The notes under the pieces: model-generated
The model's database searches: none
What the model was told of the DNA's origin: nothing
What the model saw: the letters and a program-made list of their open reading frames with translations, nothing else
Origin: Betaproteobacteria bacterium
GTDB lineage: Bacteria > Pseudomonadota > Gammaproteobacteria > Burkholderiales > SG8-41
NCBI GenBank assembly: GCA_046339595.1
Contig: JBKDUF010000096.1
Span: forward strand, 18,207 to 82,206
DNA length: 64,000 nt
Direction: 5' to 3'
Part shown: one piece after another, positions 56,149 to 64,000 of the stretch
Layout: every line of letters begins with the position of its first letter
Numbering within the stretch: position 1 is the first letter of the stretch
Translations under genes and position numbers: made by a program

Positions 56149-56529
56149 TCAGCCGCCTGCGAGCTTGCGGTATGCCGCGGCATCAAGCAACGCGTCCAGC
56201 TGCCCGGCATCGTCAGGCCGCATCCGGAACAACCAGGCGGCATAGGCCTCTTCGTTGACGCGCTCCGGCGCATCGGTGATCGCGGTGTTGACGGCAAGCA
56301 CCTCGCCGTCGAGGGGCGCAAACAGGTCGGCTGCGGTCTTCACCGATTCGATCGCACCGCAGCTCTCGCCGCGCTTCAGGCGCCTTCCGGCGGCCGGCGC
56401 ATCGACGAACACGATGTCACCGAGTTCTTCCTGGGCATGGTCGGTAATACCGACACTGACCGAGCCGTCGTCCTCGGGGCGCACCCAGTGATGGCTTTCG
56501 GTAAATCGCAGCGAATCGGGCACGTTCAT
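56149..56529 (-). CDS. gcvH: Glycine cleavage system H protein (lipoyl carrier)
   Basis: Lipoyl-lysine context IESVKTAADL. The ATG at 56529 has a GAGG RBS 5 nt upstream. Confidence 0.92.
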   Translation of the reverse strand: MNVPDSLRFTESHHWVRPEDDGSVSVGITDHAQEELGDIVFVDAPAAGRRLKRGESCGAIESVKTAADLFAPLDGEVLAVNTAITDAPERVNEEAYAAWLFRMRPDDAGQLDALLDAAAYRKLAGG

Positions 56530-56547
56530 CACAACCTCAAAAAATAT

Positions 56548-56567
56548 TCAATTAAAACAAATACTTA
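56548..56567 (+). repeat. AT-rich motif copy (TCAATTAAAACAAATACTTA)
   Basis: Perfect match to TCAATYAAAWCAA-N4-TTA. It sits in the 41-44 nt spacer between the zinc-ribbon gene stop and the gcvH start. Confidence 0.6.
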
Positions 56568-56573
56568 AAAACA

Positions 56574-57566
56574 TCAGGGCGCGGCAGCCAATACCGCGAG
56601 CCTGAACCCGGAGGCCCCGACACCGCCGGCATCGAGTGCCAGGCGCACCGTCATTTCGGCCTGGGTGGCAAGACCGGCGGACCGATCGATGTTGGCCGGC
56701 AGATAATCCGCGGGCAGGAAAATGCGCCGCGCCAGGGTATGGTCATTGGCATTGGTCAAGACCAGATCCAGCGCCGGAAATCCGACGGCATGTGCCGCGT
56801 GATTGCGCAGGGTCGCCGTGAGCTGGATGCGTTCGGGGCGCGCCGGATCAATCACCTGCAAATCGGAACCCTCGATCATCACCTGCCGCGGTCGCTGCGG
56901 CATCTCGACCGCACAGCCGGCCATCTCACAGGCCGCGCTGACCCATTCGCGCGCCAGTACGTGACGCGCGGCCAGTTCGCCGCGATAGGCGTAAACCGCC
57001 TGCCCGGCCAGCAGCAGCACCAGGAGCACGCTCGCCAGCGCATAGACACGGCGACGCGGTTCGGGCGCCCTCGCAGGCGCGGCGGCGATGAAGGGATTGT
57101 CATCGGTGGCCGCGTATGGCGTCGCCGGCGCGGCATCCACCCCGGTCAGGTGCGCCTCTTCGTGGACAGTTTCCCCAGGCAGGCTGCCGGACTGGGCTGT
57201 CGCCTCGGGCATCTGGTTTTCGGCTGCCGGCAGCGCAACGGCTTCAACGCAATCCGTGGGGGTTGTGGCGGGTGTCGCGGCGATGGCCGCGTCAGCCCCG
57301 CCCTCGACCCTGGCCTGCGCGGAGATGACCGCCTCCGGCGCAGACTCCTGCACCGCTGCCGGATGAGGCGGCAATGAAGGCGTGGCCGTTGTGGCTGGCA
57401 CCACCACAGCCGCAGACGGATCCGGCTCCAGTCCGGCCAAGGCATCAAAGACCCGAAGACAACGGCCGCAACGAACCCGACCGGCGCGCGAGCGCAGCTG
57501 TTTGGCGGTGACGCGGAACACCGTGTGGCAATGCGCGCAGCGGGTGGTGAGCGAGGAGGCGTTCAT
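56574..57566 (-). CDS. Zinc-ribbon (MJ0042-type) and DUF3426 domain protein
   Basis: N-terminal TRCAHCHTVFRV...VRCGRCLRVFDA zinc ribbon, a low-complexity linker, a TM helix and a C-terminal DUF3426-like domain. Confidence 0.75.
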   Translation of the reverse strand: MNASSLTTRCAHCHTVFRVTAKQLRSRAGRVRCGRCLRVFDALAGLEPDPSAAVVVPATTATPSLPPHPAAVQESAPEAVISAQARVEGGADAAIAATPATTPTDCVEAVALPAAENQMPEATAQSGSLPGETVHEEAHLTGVDAAPATPYAATDDNPFIAAAPARAPEPRRRVYALASVLLVLLLAGQAVYAYRGELAARHVLAREWVSAACEMAGCAVEMPQRPRQVMIEGSDLQVIDPARPERIQLTATLRNHAAHAVGFPALDLVLTNANDHTLARRIFLPADYLPANIDRSAGLATQAEMTVRLALDAGGVGASGFRLAVLAAAP

Positions 57567-57617
57567 CGGGAATCTGGCCGGACCTGCATCATACCGAAGC
57601 TTGGGACATCTCCCGGA

Positions 57618-58511
57618 TCAGTGCCTGCGCTGGCCGGTCAGCAGCACCCAGCCTTCATGCTCCGCCTCGCAACGCATGTCGAAGGCGCAGGCATAGGCGG
57701 CCAGCACCGCCGCGGCCTGCTCGGCCAGGATGCCGGCGAGTGCGATCCGCCCGCCGGGCAGGGTCAGGCCTGCCAGCAGCGGGGCCAGTACCATCAGCGG
57801 ATTGGCAAGAATGTTGGCAATGACGATGCGCGCAGGGGCCACGGCGGCCTCGTCGGCCACCACGAACCGGGCCACAACGCCGTTGCGCGCGGCATTGAGC
57901 CGGGCTGCTTCCACCGCCTGCGGATCAATATCGATGCCGCGGGCGCTACAGGCGCCGAGCTTCAGCGCGGCGATGGTGAGGATGCCGGAACCGCAGCCGT
58001 AGTCGAGCACATCGTCGTCCGCCGTCACGGTCGAGGCGAGCCAGCGCAGGCAAAGCCTGGTGGTCGGGTGCGCCCCGGTGCCGAAGGCAACGCCGGGATC
58101 GAGCGCAATATTGATCGCGTCCGGATCAGGCGGCTGGTGCCAGCTCGGCACGATCCACAGCCGGGGCGTGATCTGCAGCGGCTGGAACTGGCTCTGGGTG
58201 AGGCGCACCCAGTCTTCATCCTCGACGCGACCGAGGCTGCAGGCCGTGCCGGCATCAAGCCCCGCCGCTGTCAGCGCCAGCGCCAGCAAGGCGGGTACAC
58301 TGGCGTCCGTTTCGAACAGCGCGCTCACGCGATTGAGCTGCCAGCCGCTGGCGGGGGCTTCGCCGGGCTCGGCAAAAATCGGCCGCTCCGCCGGCGTGCC
58401 GGCTGCCGCATCCTGCACATCCACCGCCACCGCCCCGGCTTCGAGCAGGGCATCGCTCAGCGCTTCGACGGCGTTCTCCGGAGCCAGCAGCGTCGCGCAG
58501 AGCCAGGGCAC
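57618..58511 (-). CDS. prmA: Ribosomal protein L11 methyltransferase
   Basis: The GTG at 58511 gives MPWLCATLLAPENAVEAL (typical PrmA start), 8 nt after the accC stop. SAM motif DYGCGSGIL. Confidence 0.9.
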   Translation of the reverse strand: MPWLCATLLAPENAVEALSDALLEAGAVAVDVQDAAAGTPAERPIFAEPGEAPASGWQLNRVSALFETDASVPALLALALTAAGLDAGTACSLGRVEDEDWVRLTQSQFQPLQITPRLWIVPSWHQPPDPDAINIALDPGVAFGTGAHPTTRLCLRWLASTVTADDDVLDYGCGSGILTIAALKLGACSARGIDIDPQAVEAARLNAARNGVVARFVVADEAAVAPARIVIANILANPLMVLAPLLAGLTLPGGRIALAGILAEQAAAVLAAYACAFDMRCEAEHEGWVLLTGQRRH

Positions 58512-58518
58512 GGGATGA

Positions 58519-59874
58519 CTATTCCGCCCGGTTGAGCTTGGCGAGCCGCTCTTCGAGGTAGTGGATGCTGGTGCCGCCGCGGCGGAATGCGGTGTCACGC
58601 ATCAGCTCCTGATGCAGCGGCAGATTGGTCTTGATGCCCTCGATGGCCGTTTCCGACAGCGCGATGTTCATGCGCGCGATGGCCTGTTCCCGGGTGTCAC
58701 CGTAGGCGATGATCTTGCCCAGAAGGGAATCATAGTTGGGCGGCACGAAGTAGCCGTTGTAGACATGGGAATCGACGCGGATGCCGGGCCCACCGGGCAT
58801 GTGCAGCGAGGTGATGCGCCCCGGCGAGGGCGTGAACTTGTAAGGATCCTCGGCATTGATGCGGCATTCGATGGCATGGCCTTTGAGCACCACGTCGCGC
58901 TGGCGCACCGTGAGCTTGTCGCCGGCGGCGATGCGGATCTGCCACTGCACCAGGTCAAGGCCGGTCACACACTCGGTCACCGGATGTTCGACCTGGAGCC
59001 GGGTGTTCATCTCGATGAAGTAGAACTCGCCGTTCTCGTAGAGGAATTCGAAAGTGCCGGCGCCCTGGTAGCCGATCTTGCGGCAGGCCTCGGCGCAGCG
59101 TTCGCCGATTCGCGCACGGGCCTTGGCGTCAAGCAGGGGGGCCGGCGCCTCCTCGATGATCTTCTGGTGACGTCGCTGCATCGAGCAGTCGCGGTCGCCC
59201 AGATAAAGCGCGTTCCTGTGCTTGTCTGCGAGCACCTGGATCTCGATGTGGCGCGGCTTCTCCAGGTATTTCTCCATGTACACGGCAGGATTGCCGAAGG
59301 CGGCGCCGGCCTCGGCGCGGGTGGTGTTAACGGCGTGGATCAGCGCCGCCTCGGTGTGCACCACGCGCATGCCGCGCCCGCCACCACCGCCAGCAGCCTT
59401 GATGATCACCGGATAGCGGATCTGCCGCGCGATGCGCACCACCTCCTTGGGGTCTTCGGGCAGCGCGCCGTCCATACCAGGCACCACGGGCACGCCGGCC
59501 TTTTTCATCGCATTCTTGGCGCTGACCTTGTCGCCCATCAGGCGGATGGTCTCGGCCTTGGGCCCGATGAATGTGAAACCGCTCTGCTCCACGCGTTCGG
59601 CAAAATCCGCGTTCTCGGACAGGAATCCGTAGCCGGGATGAATGGCCTGGGCATCGGTGACCTCAGCCGCGCTGATGATCGCCGGCACGTTGAGATAGCT
59701 CGCGCTCGACTGCGCGGGGCCGATGCATACCGACTCGTCGGCCAGGCGTACGTATTTGGCCTCGGCGTCGGCCTCGGAGTGCACGACCACGGTCTTGATG
59801 CCCATCTCGCGGCAGGCGCGCTGGATGCGCAGGGCGATTTCGCCGCGATTGGCGATCAGGATTTTGTCAAACAT
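58519..59874 (-). CDS. accC: Acetyl-CoA carboxylase biotin carboxylase subunit
   Basis: [29 protein letters not shown] matches the AccC N-terminus. An alternative ATG is at 59883. Confidence 0.95.
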   Translation of the reverse strand: MFDKILIANRGEIALRIQRACREMGIKTVVVHSEADAEAKYVRLADESVCIGPAQSSASYLNVPAIISAAEVTDAQAIHPGYGFLSENADFAERVEQSGFTFIGPKAETIRLMGDKVSAKNAMKKAGVPVVPGMDGALPEDPKEVVRIARQIRYPVIIKAAGGGGGRGMRVVHTEAALIHAVNTTRAEAGAAFGNPAVYMEKYLEKPRHIEIQVLADKHRNALYLGDRDCSMQRRHQKIIEEAPAPLLDAKARARIGERCAEACRKIGYQGAGTFEFLYENGEFYFIEMNTRLQVEHPVTECVTGLDLVQWQIRIAAGDKLTVRQRDVVLKGHAIECRINAEDPYKFTPSPGRITSLHMPGGPGIRVDSHVYNGYFVPPNYDSLLGKIIAYGDTREQAIARMNIALSETAIEGIKTNLPLHQELMRDTAFRRGGTSIHYLEERLAKLNRAE

Positions 59875-59920
59875 GGGTTTCATCGGCCCGCCTTGCGGCG
59901 GCCGGAACGGTTGCGAGCGC

Positions 59921-60379
59921 TCATCCGATGATGAACAGCGGCTGGCCGTATTCCACCGGCTGGCCGTTTTCAACCAAAATCGCCTTGATCACGCCGTCAC
60001 GGTCGGCCTCGATCTCGTTGAGCAGCTTCATCGCCTCGATGATGCAAACCGTGTCGCCGCTTTTCACCGCAGCGCCGACCTCGACAAAGGGCTTCGATCC
60101 AGGCGCCGAGGAACGGTAGAAGGTGCCGACCATCGGCGACTTCACCGCATGGCCTTCGGGCTCGGCCTCGCCTGTCTCGGCCGCCGCGGTTGCGCTGTCG
60201 GCGGCCTCTGCCGCCGGAATCACCACTGCCGGCGCGGCTATCGGCGCCGCCATCGCAGTGGGCGCAACGCCGCCAAAGCGGCTGATACGCACCTTCTCCT
60301 CGCCCTCGGTGATTTCGAGTTCGGCAATGCCGGACTGTTGCACCAGATCAATCAGGGTTTTCAGTTTTCTCAGATCCAT
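59921..60379 (-). CDS. accB: Acetyl-CoA carboxylase biotin carboxyl carrier protein
   Basis: Biotinyl-lysine motif [11 protein letters not shown] and an Ala/Pro linker. Confidence 0.95.
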   Translation of the reverse strand: MDLRKLKTLIDLVQQSGIAELEITEGEEKVRISRFGGVAPTAMAAPIAAPAVVIPAAEAADSATAAAETGEAEPEGHAVKSPMVGTFYRSSAPGSKPFVEVGAAVKSGDTVCIIEAMKLLNEIEADRDGVIKAILVENGQPVEYGQPLFIIG

Positions 60380-60391
60380 GTGGGTCCTCGT

Positions 60392-60844
60392 TCAGCCTTT
60401 GTCGCGCAACTGGCGCAGGGCGTAATCCAGCGCGAACTCGTATCCGGCCGGCCCCAGCCCGCAGATGACTCCCGCGGCCAGATCGGAAAAGTACGACTGG
60501 CGGCGGAAGGCCTCACGCGCATGCACGTTGGAAAGGTGGATTTCGATGAAAGGTATGGCCACCGCGGCCAGCGCATCACGCAGGGCCACGCTGGTGTGGG
60601 TGTAGGCGGCGGGGTTGATCAGGATGAATGCGGTGCCATCCCGCCCGGCCTGCTGTACACGCTCCACCAGACCGGATTCGGAATTGCTCTGGAAGCAGTC
60701 CAGCATCGCGCCGGCGGCTGCGGCACGCTCACGCAGCCCGGTTTCGATCTGGGCGAGGGTGGTTGCGCCGTAGATGCCGGGCTCGCGTGTTCCGAGCAGA
60801 TTGAGATTGGGCCCGTTGATCAGGAGCAGTGTGTTCGGTTTCAA
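60392..60844 (-). CDS. aroQ: Type II 3-dehydroquinate dehydratase
   Basis: [21 protein letters not shown] and [15 protein letters not shown] motifs. TTG start. Confidence 0.93.
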   Translation of the reverse strand: MKPNTLLLINGPNLNLLGTREPGIYGATTLAQIETGLRERAAAAGAMLDCFQSNSESGLVERVQQAGRDGTAFILINPAAYTHTSVALRDALAAVAIPFIEIHLSNVHAREAFRRQSYFSDLAAGVICGLGPAGYEFALDYALRQLRDKG

Positions 60845-60875
60845 GCGGCAGCCGATCCTGGGTGAAGTTCACAGT

Positions 60876-60881
60876 TATAAT
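60876..60881. promoter_or_regulatory. TATAAT box with ambiguous strand assignment
   Basis: The plus strand reads GTTATAATCC, like the other -10 boxes in this window but with no plus-strand gene downstream. The minus strand reads TTATAAC about 30 nt upstream of the aroQ TTG. No good -35 on either strand. Confidence 0.3.
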
Positions 60882-60887
60882 CCAGGC

Positions 60888-61015
60888 ACAACGCCCTGGC
60901 CGTCACCACAACCGTCAACACCGACCGGGGTCGGCGGCAACTAATTGGAGTAGAGGCGATTTTCCCAGAAATTGGACTCAATTGTCTAATTTTAAGCGAA
61001 AGTTAGCGCTTTTTG
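60888..61015 (+). ncRNA. Speculative small RNA candidate (orphan -10 box to weak hairpin plus T5)
   Basis: Bounded by TATAAT (60876-60881) and AAGCG-N8-CGCTT followed by TTTT (60994-61014). It contains the CGACC-GG-GGTCG hairpin and an AU-rich stretch AATTGGACTCAATTGTCTAATTTT. Sequence pattern only. Confidence 0.15.
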
Positions 61016-61273
61016 AGGCCGACTCTCCCGCCCCTGCCTGCCGCAGCCTGCACCTACTCCCACGCCTCAACCAGCACCGCTGGCAGCATGGTTGCGGAGT
61101 GCATCCCTGCCCGAAAAGCTGGCCAGCCCGGATTCATCCGCCAGCCATGCCGCCGCCTGACCAAACCCGTTTTTTCACGAAGTTAAGCGATGTAAGCCGA
61201 AGTTCAGCAATAAATAACCGCTGAGGAACGATTTATCCGATTCGGTCCGGAAGTGTGCTGCCGGCAAAAATAT

Positions 61274-61293
61274 GCAATCAAATCAATGGGTTA
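61274..61293 (+). repeat. AT-rich motif copy (GCAATCAAATCAATGGGTTA), IHF-consensus-like core at 61281-61293
   Basis: One mismatch to the consensus. AATCAATGGGTTA fits WATCAANNNNTTR exactly. It overlaps the last codons (QSINPLI-stop) of the minus-strand tlpA-like gene. Confidence 0.6.
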
Positions 61294-61814
61294 ATTGATT
61301 GCCGCAGATCCTGCTCAGTCACTTTGCCGAGCAGGCGTCCCGCCAGGCGGCCCTTGCGATCCAGAATGGCTGTATAGGGCAACACGCCGGCCTTGTTGCC
61401 GGCCAGCCGCGACAACTCGACCGCCTCGATGCCCGCTAACACCAGCGGATAGTCGATTCGGAATTCCTTGGCAAAATCAATGACTTTAGACGCCTGATCA
61501 ATGGAGATACCAACGAATTCAACATTTTTACCGGCATATTCACGACGCAGCCGGATGAACATGGGGATTTCCTCCCGGCAAGGCTCGCACCAGGTTGCCC
61601 AGAAATTGACGATCAGGACCTGGCCGCGCAGCTGATCCAGTTGCGCGGGCTGGCCGTCGAGACCCTGGTAGCGATGGGCAAGAATGGCCTCACCCGCAGT
61701 CGCATCGGCGTCGCCCCCGAGAACCCCAAGCCGCCAAAGCTGGGCGATCACCCCGCTGCCCAGCGCCAGCACACCCAGCCCCGCTACCAGCAGGCCGCGC
61801 CGCAGTGGCGTCAT
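61278..61814 (-). CDS. TlpA-family thiol:disulfide oxidoreductase (thioredoxin-like, membrane-anchored)
   Basis: The ATG at 61814 overlaps the dsbD stop (ATGA). N-terminal anchor, then active site WATWCEPC. Confidence 0.85.
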   Translation of the reverse strand: MTPLRRGLLVAGLGVLALGSGVIAQLWRLGVLGGDADATAGEAILAHRYQGLDGQPAQLDQLRGQVLIVNFWATWCEPCREEIPMFIRLRREYAGKNVEFVGISIDQASKVIDFAKEFRIDYPLVLAGIEAVELSRLAGNKAGVLPYTAILDRKGRLAGRLLGKVTEQDLRQSINPLI

Positions 61815-63592
61815 CGCGCACCCAAGGCGAGGTCTAGCACCCCAGCGAACTTGCCGGCGGGCTGGAAGCCGATGACCCGCAGACCTTGAATTTCGCGCCC
61901 GGATGCGTCGAAAAAGACGATGCCCGGCGGACCGAAGAGGCGGAAACGCCGGAGCAGTGCCTGGTGATCCGCGCTGCCGGTCGTGATATCGGCCTGGATC
62001 TTCACCATCTTCGCCAGCCGCTCCCGCACCGCCGGATCGGTGAAGGTATATCGCTCCATTTCCTTGCAGCTCACACACCAGTCGGCATAGAAGTCGAGCA
62101 TCACCACCTTGCCCGCAGCGGCGGCGATTGCAGCGTCAAGCTCGCGCTCGTTGGCCACTTTCTGGAAAGCCACGGGCCCGCCGGCCGCGACCGCATTGCC
62201 CGCGCGCAGGTCCGACAGCGGCTGCAGCACATCGCGGCCGCCGGACAAGCCACCCACCAGGTAGGCAATGCCCGCCACCAGCAGCAGGATGCCCAGGCCC
62301 TTGCCGGCCCGCGCCGCGCCTCCGGCATGCGGCGGCAGGGGATCGAGCGCGTGCAGGTATACCCCGCTGAAGATCAGCAGCGCCGACCACGCCAGCATCT
62401 GCACTGCCACCGGGATGACCGGCGACACCAGATACACCGCCACCGCCAGCAGCAGCATGCCGAAGCAGCGCTTTACGCCTTCCATCCACGGCCCCGCCTT
62501 GGGCAGCAGCGTGCCGGCCGAAGCACCCACCGCCAGCAGCGGTACGCCCATGCCCAGCGCCATCGCGAACAGTGCAGCCGCACCAAGCAGCGCATCGCCG
62601 CTCTGGGAGATGTAGAGCAGCGCGCCGGCCAGCGGCGCGGCCACGCAGGGACCGACAATCAGGGCCGACAGCGCCCCCATCACGAACACGCCGGCGAAGC
62701 GGCCGCCGGGCAGGCGCCCGCTGGCCTCGGCCAGCCGCGACTGCAGCGCCGTCGGCAGTTGCAGCTCGTACAGTCCGAACATCGACAATGCAAGCGCAAC
62801 GAACACCAGCGCAAAAGCGCCGAGCACCCAGGGATTCTGCAGCGTTGCCGCGAGCATCGCCCCGGAAAGACCGGCGGCGACTCCGGCCAGCGCATAGGTG
62901 ATTGCCATGCCCAGCACGTACGCCACGGACAGCATGAAGCCGTGCATGCGCGTGACTTTTGCGCCCTGCCCGACGATGATGCCGGAGAGTATCGGCACCA
63001 TCGGCAGTACGCAGGGGGTGAACGAGAGCAGCAGGCCGAAGCCGAAGAAGCTGATCATCAGCCACAACGTGGAGCCGCGGAACAGATCGGCAATCAGGGT
63101 GTCCTCGCCGCGGACCGCGGACCCGGCCGCGGGTCCCGAGACTGCGGCAAGCCGCAGCTCGGCGCGCTGCTCGACGGGTACATAGCAGACGCCGATGTCC
63201 GCGCAACCCTGGGACAGCGCCTTCAGCGTGAAGCGGCCGTCGCCGGCCGAGCTGACCGGAATCACGATGCGCAGGTCACCGCGATACACCTCGGTTTCAC
63301 CGAAAAACTCGTCCTTCTTGCGCTCGCCGGGGGGCAATCTCGGCTCTCCCAGCTGAACCGCCGCGGGTTCCGCACTGAAGCGGAACTTGTCGCGATACAT
63401 GTAATAGCCTTTGGCGATCAGGTATCGTACCTCGATCGCATCGGGCGCGACCACGCGTGCGCTGAAGACGAAGGCTTTCTCCGGCTCCAGCAGGTCCGGC
63501 TCGGCGGCACCCGCATTGACGGCAGGCGCCAGAAAAAGGGCCAGGACCAGCAGCAAGCTGCGCAGGAGCACCGTGGGAATGGACAGGGTCAT
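61811..63592 (-). CDS. dsbD: Thiol:disulfide interchange protein DsbD
   Basis: Signal peptide, N-terminal DsbD-alpha domain, central 8-TM core, and a C-terminal thioredoxin domain with WCVSC. Confidence 0.93.
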   Translation of the reverse strand: MTLSIPTVLLRSLLLVLALFLAPAVNAGAAEPDLLEPEKAFVFSARVVAPDAIEVRYLIAKGYYMYRDKFRFSAEPAAVQLGEPRLPPGERKKDEFFGETEVYRGDLRIVIPVSSAGDGRFTLKALSQGCADIGVCYVPVEQRAELRLAAVSGPAAGSAVRGEDTLIADLFRGSTLWLMISFFGFGLLLSFTPCVLPMVPILSGIIVGQGAKVTRMHGFMLSVAYVLGMAITYALAGVAAGLSGAMLAATLQNPWVLGAFALVFVALALSMFGLYELQLPTALQSRLAEASGRLPGGRFAGVFVMGALSALIVGPCVAAPLAGALLYISQSGDALLGAAALFAMALGMGVPLLAVGASAGTLLPKAGPWMEGVKRCFGMLLLAVAVYLVSPVIPVAVQMLAWSALLIFSGVYLHALDPLPPHAGGAARAGKGLGILLLVAGIAYLVGGLSGGRDVLQPLSDLRAGNAVAAGGPVAFQKVANERELDAAIAAAAGKVVMLDFYADWCVSCKEMERYTFTDPAVRERLAKMVKIQADITTGSADHQALLRRFRLFGPPGIVFFDASGREIQGLRVIGFQPAGKFAGVLDLALGAR

Positions 63593-63596
63593 CAGG

Positions 63597-63926
63597 TCAG
63601 GTCGTCTCGTCCGCGACCCATTGCAGATAGCCGGGAAAGCCGCGGCTTAATGGGACCGCGATGATTTCGGGGAGTTCGTACGGGTGACGCTCGACCAGCG
63701 CCGCCTCCAGCCTCGGATATGCGGCGGCGCTGGTCTTGATCAACAACGGCACTTCTTCCGCGCTCTCGACCTTGCCCTGCCAGCGGTAGCGCGAACGGCA
63801 GGGCGCGAGGATGTTGACGCAGGCGGCCAGCCGCAACTCCAGTACATGGTCGGCCAGGGCCTGCGCGGTTGCCTCGTCCGGCGCGTTGCAGAGCACCAGC
63901 AGGACACCCGGGTCTTCAGCGCGCAT
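63597..63926 (-). CDS. cutA: Divalent-cation tolerance protein CutA
   Basis: VLLVLCNAPDEATAQALADHVLELRLAACVNI...HPYELPEII matches CutA. The start is ambiguous: 63926 gives about 109 aa, with alternatives at 63935 and 63971. Confidence 0.85.
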   Translation of the reverse strand: MRAEDPGVLLVLCNAPDEATAQALADHVLELRLAACVNILAPCRSRYRWQGKVESAEEVPLLIKTSAAAYPRLEAALVERHPYELPEIIAVPLSRGFPGYLQWVADETT

Positions 63927-64000
63927 TCGCCGCATCCCGCCGGATCGCTGCGGCAGCCGCCACGCCTTCATGCACCGTCGGATAACGCAGGCGCACCCGC
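63916..64000 (-). CDS. 3' end of an unidentified gene running off the right edge
   Basis: A high-GC3 frame reads ...RVRLRYPTVHEGVAAAAAIRRDAANAR-stop (TGA at 63916-63918), overlapping the cutA start region. Too short to assign. Confidence 0.3.
   Translation of the reverse strand, partial: RVRLRYPTVHEGVAAAAAIRRDAANAR

Noticed and set aside
56533-56573. Possible glycine riboswitch upstream of the orphan gcvH.
   Set aside because: Only about 41-44 nt separate gcvH from the upstream gene, and they are occupied by the AT-rich motif. That is far too short for a glycine riboswitch aptamer.
60829-61224. 131-aa plus-strand ORF covering the aroQ upstream gap.
   Set aside because: It starts inside aroQ. 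The sequence (…HHNRQHRPGSAATNWSRGDFPRNW…) is not protein-like and it spans AT-rich blocks that look regulatory. The region is treated as non-coding, with only a short alternative frame flagged as a possibility.
1-64000. Search for CRISPR arrays, IS elements or transposases, integrases, prophage genes, toxin-antitoxin pairs and known defence systems.
   Set aside because: No regularly spaced repeats, terminal inverted repeats or matching protein signatures were seen on either strand. Gene content is housekeeping throughout. This was a by-eye survey, so very small or degenerate elements could be missed.

Overview
High-GC (about two-thirds G+C by eye) chromosomal segment with betaproteobacterial-type gene content and synteny. 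The Rhodocyclales-like taxon is inference only. About 70 tightly packed, mostly housekeeping genes sit on both strands. In order: rsmE (partial), trkA-trkH, photolyase, yqgE-ruvX-pyrR-pyrB-pyrC', prlC, xthA, glnA-DUF4124-ntrB-ntrC, a DHH-like/VanZ/MazG/ferredoxin group, a NodIJ-like ABC exporter, hemJ, a HIRAN protein, a THUMP RNA methyltransferase and tauE-lldD-like. Then pilT-pilU, yggS-proC-yggT, a PLD-family protein, rng-maf-rlmH-rsfS-nadD, aceE-aceF, phaC plus a crotonase, and a MerR(LiuR-like)/enoyl-CoA hydratase/HMG-CoA lyase cluster. The rest is an MFS transporter, a GDSL esterase, a CrtI-like oxidoreductase, tRNA-Arg(CCG), a di-haem cytochrome c, apaH, olsBA-like genes, mscL, gcvH, prmA-accC-accB-aroQ and cutA-dsbD-tlpA. 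I saw no transposase, integrase, phage gene, CRISPR array, rRNA, or recognisable defence or toxin-antitoxin locus, so this reads as core genome rather than an accessory island. Most long extra ORFs in the six-frame track are GC-rich shadow ORFs overlapping real genes. The most unusual signal is at DNA level: a co-oriented AT-rich 20-nt motif family (TCAATYAAAWCAA-N4-TTA, whose 3' part matches the IHF consensus). It sits at gene boundaries and once inside a CDS. Secondary items are a 433-bp unexplained non-coding region upstream of aroQ, a tandem 18-bp repeat in the pilT/yggS divergent region, LiuR-like palindromes next to phaC, and a classic dual glnA promoter. All functional calls come from reading the translations and motifs by eye. 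No database search was run, and start codons are often uncertain.
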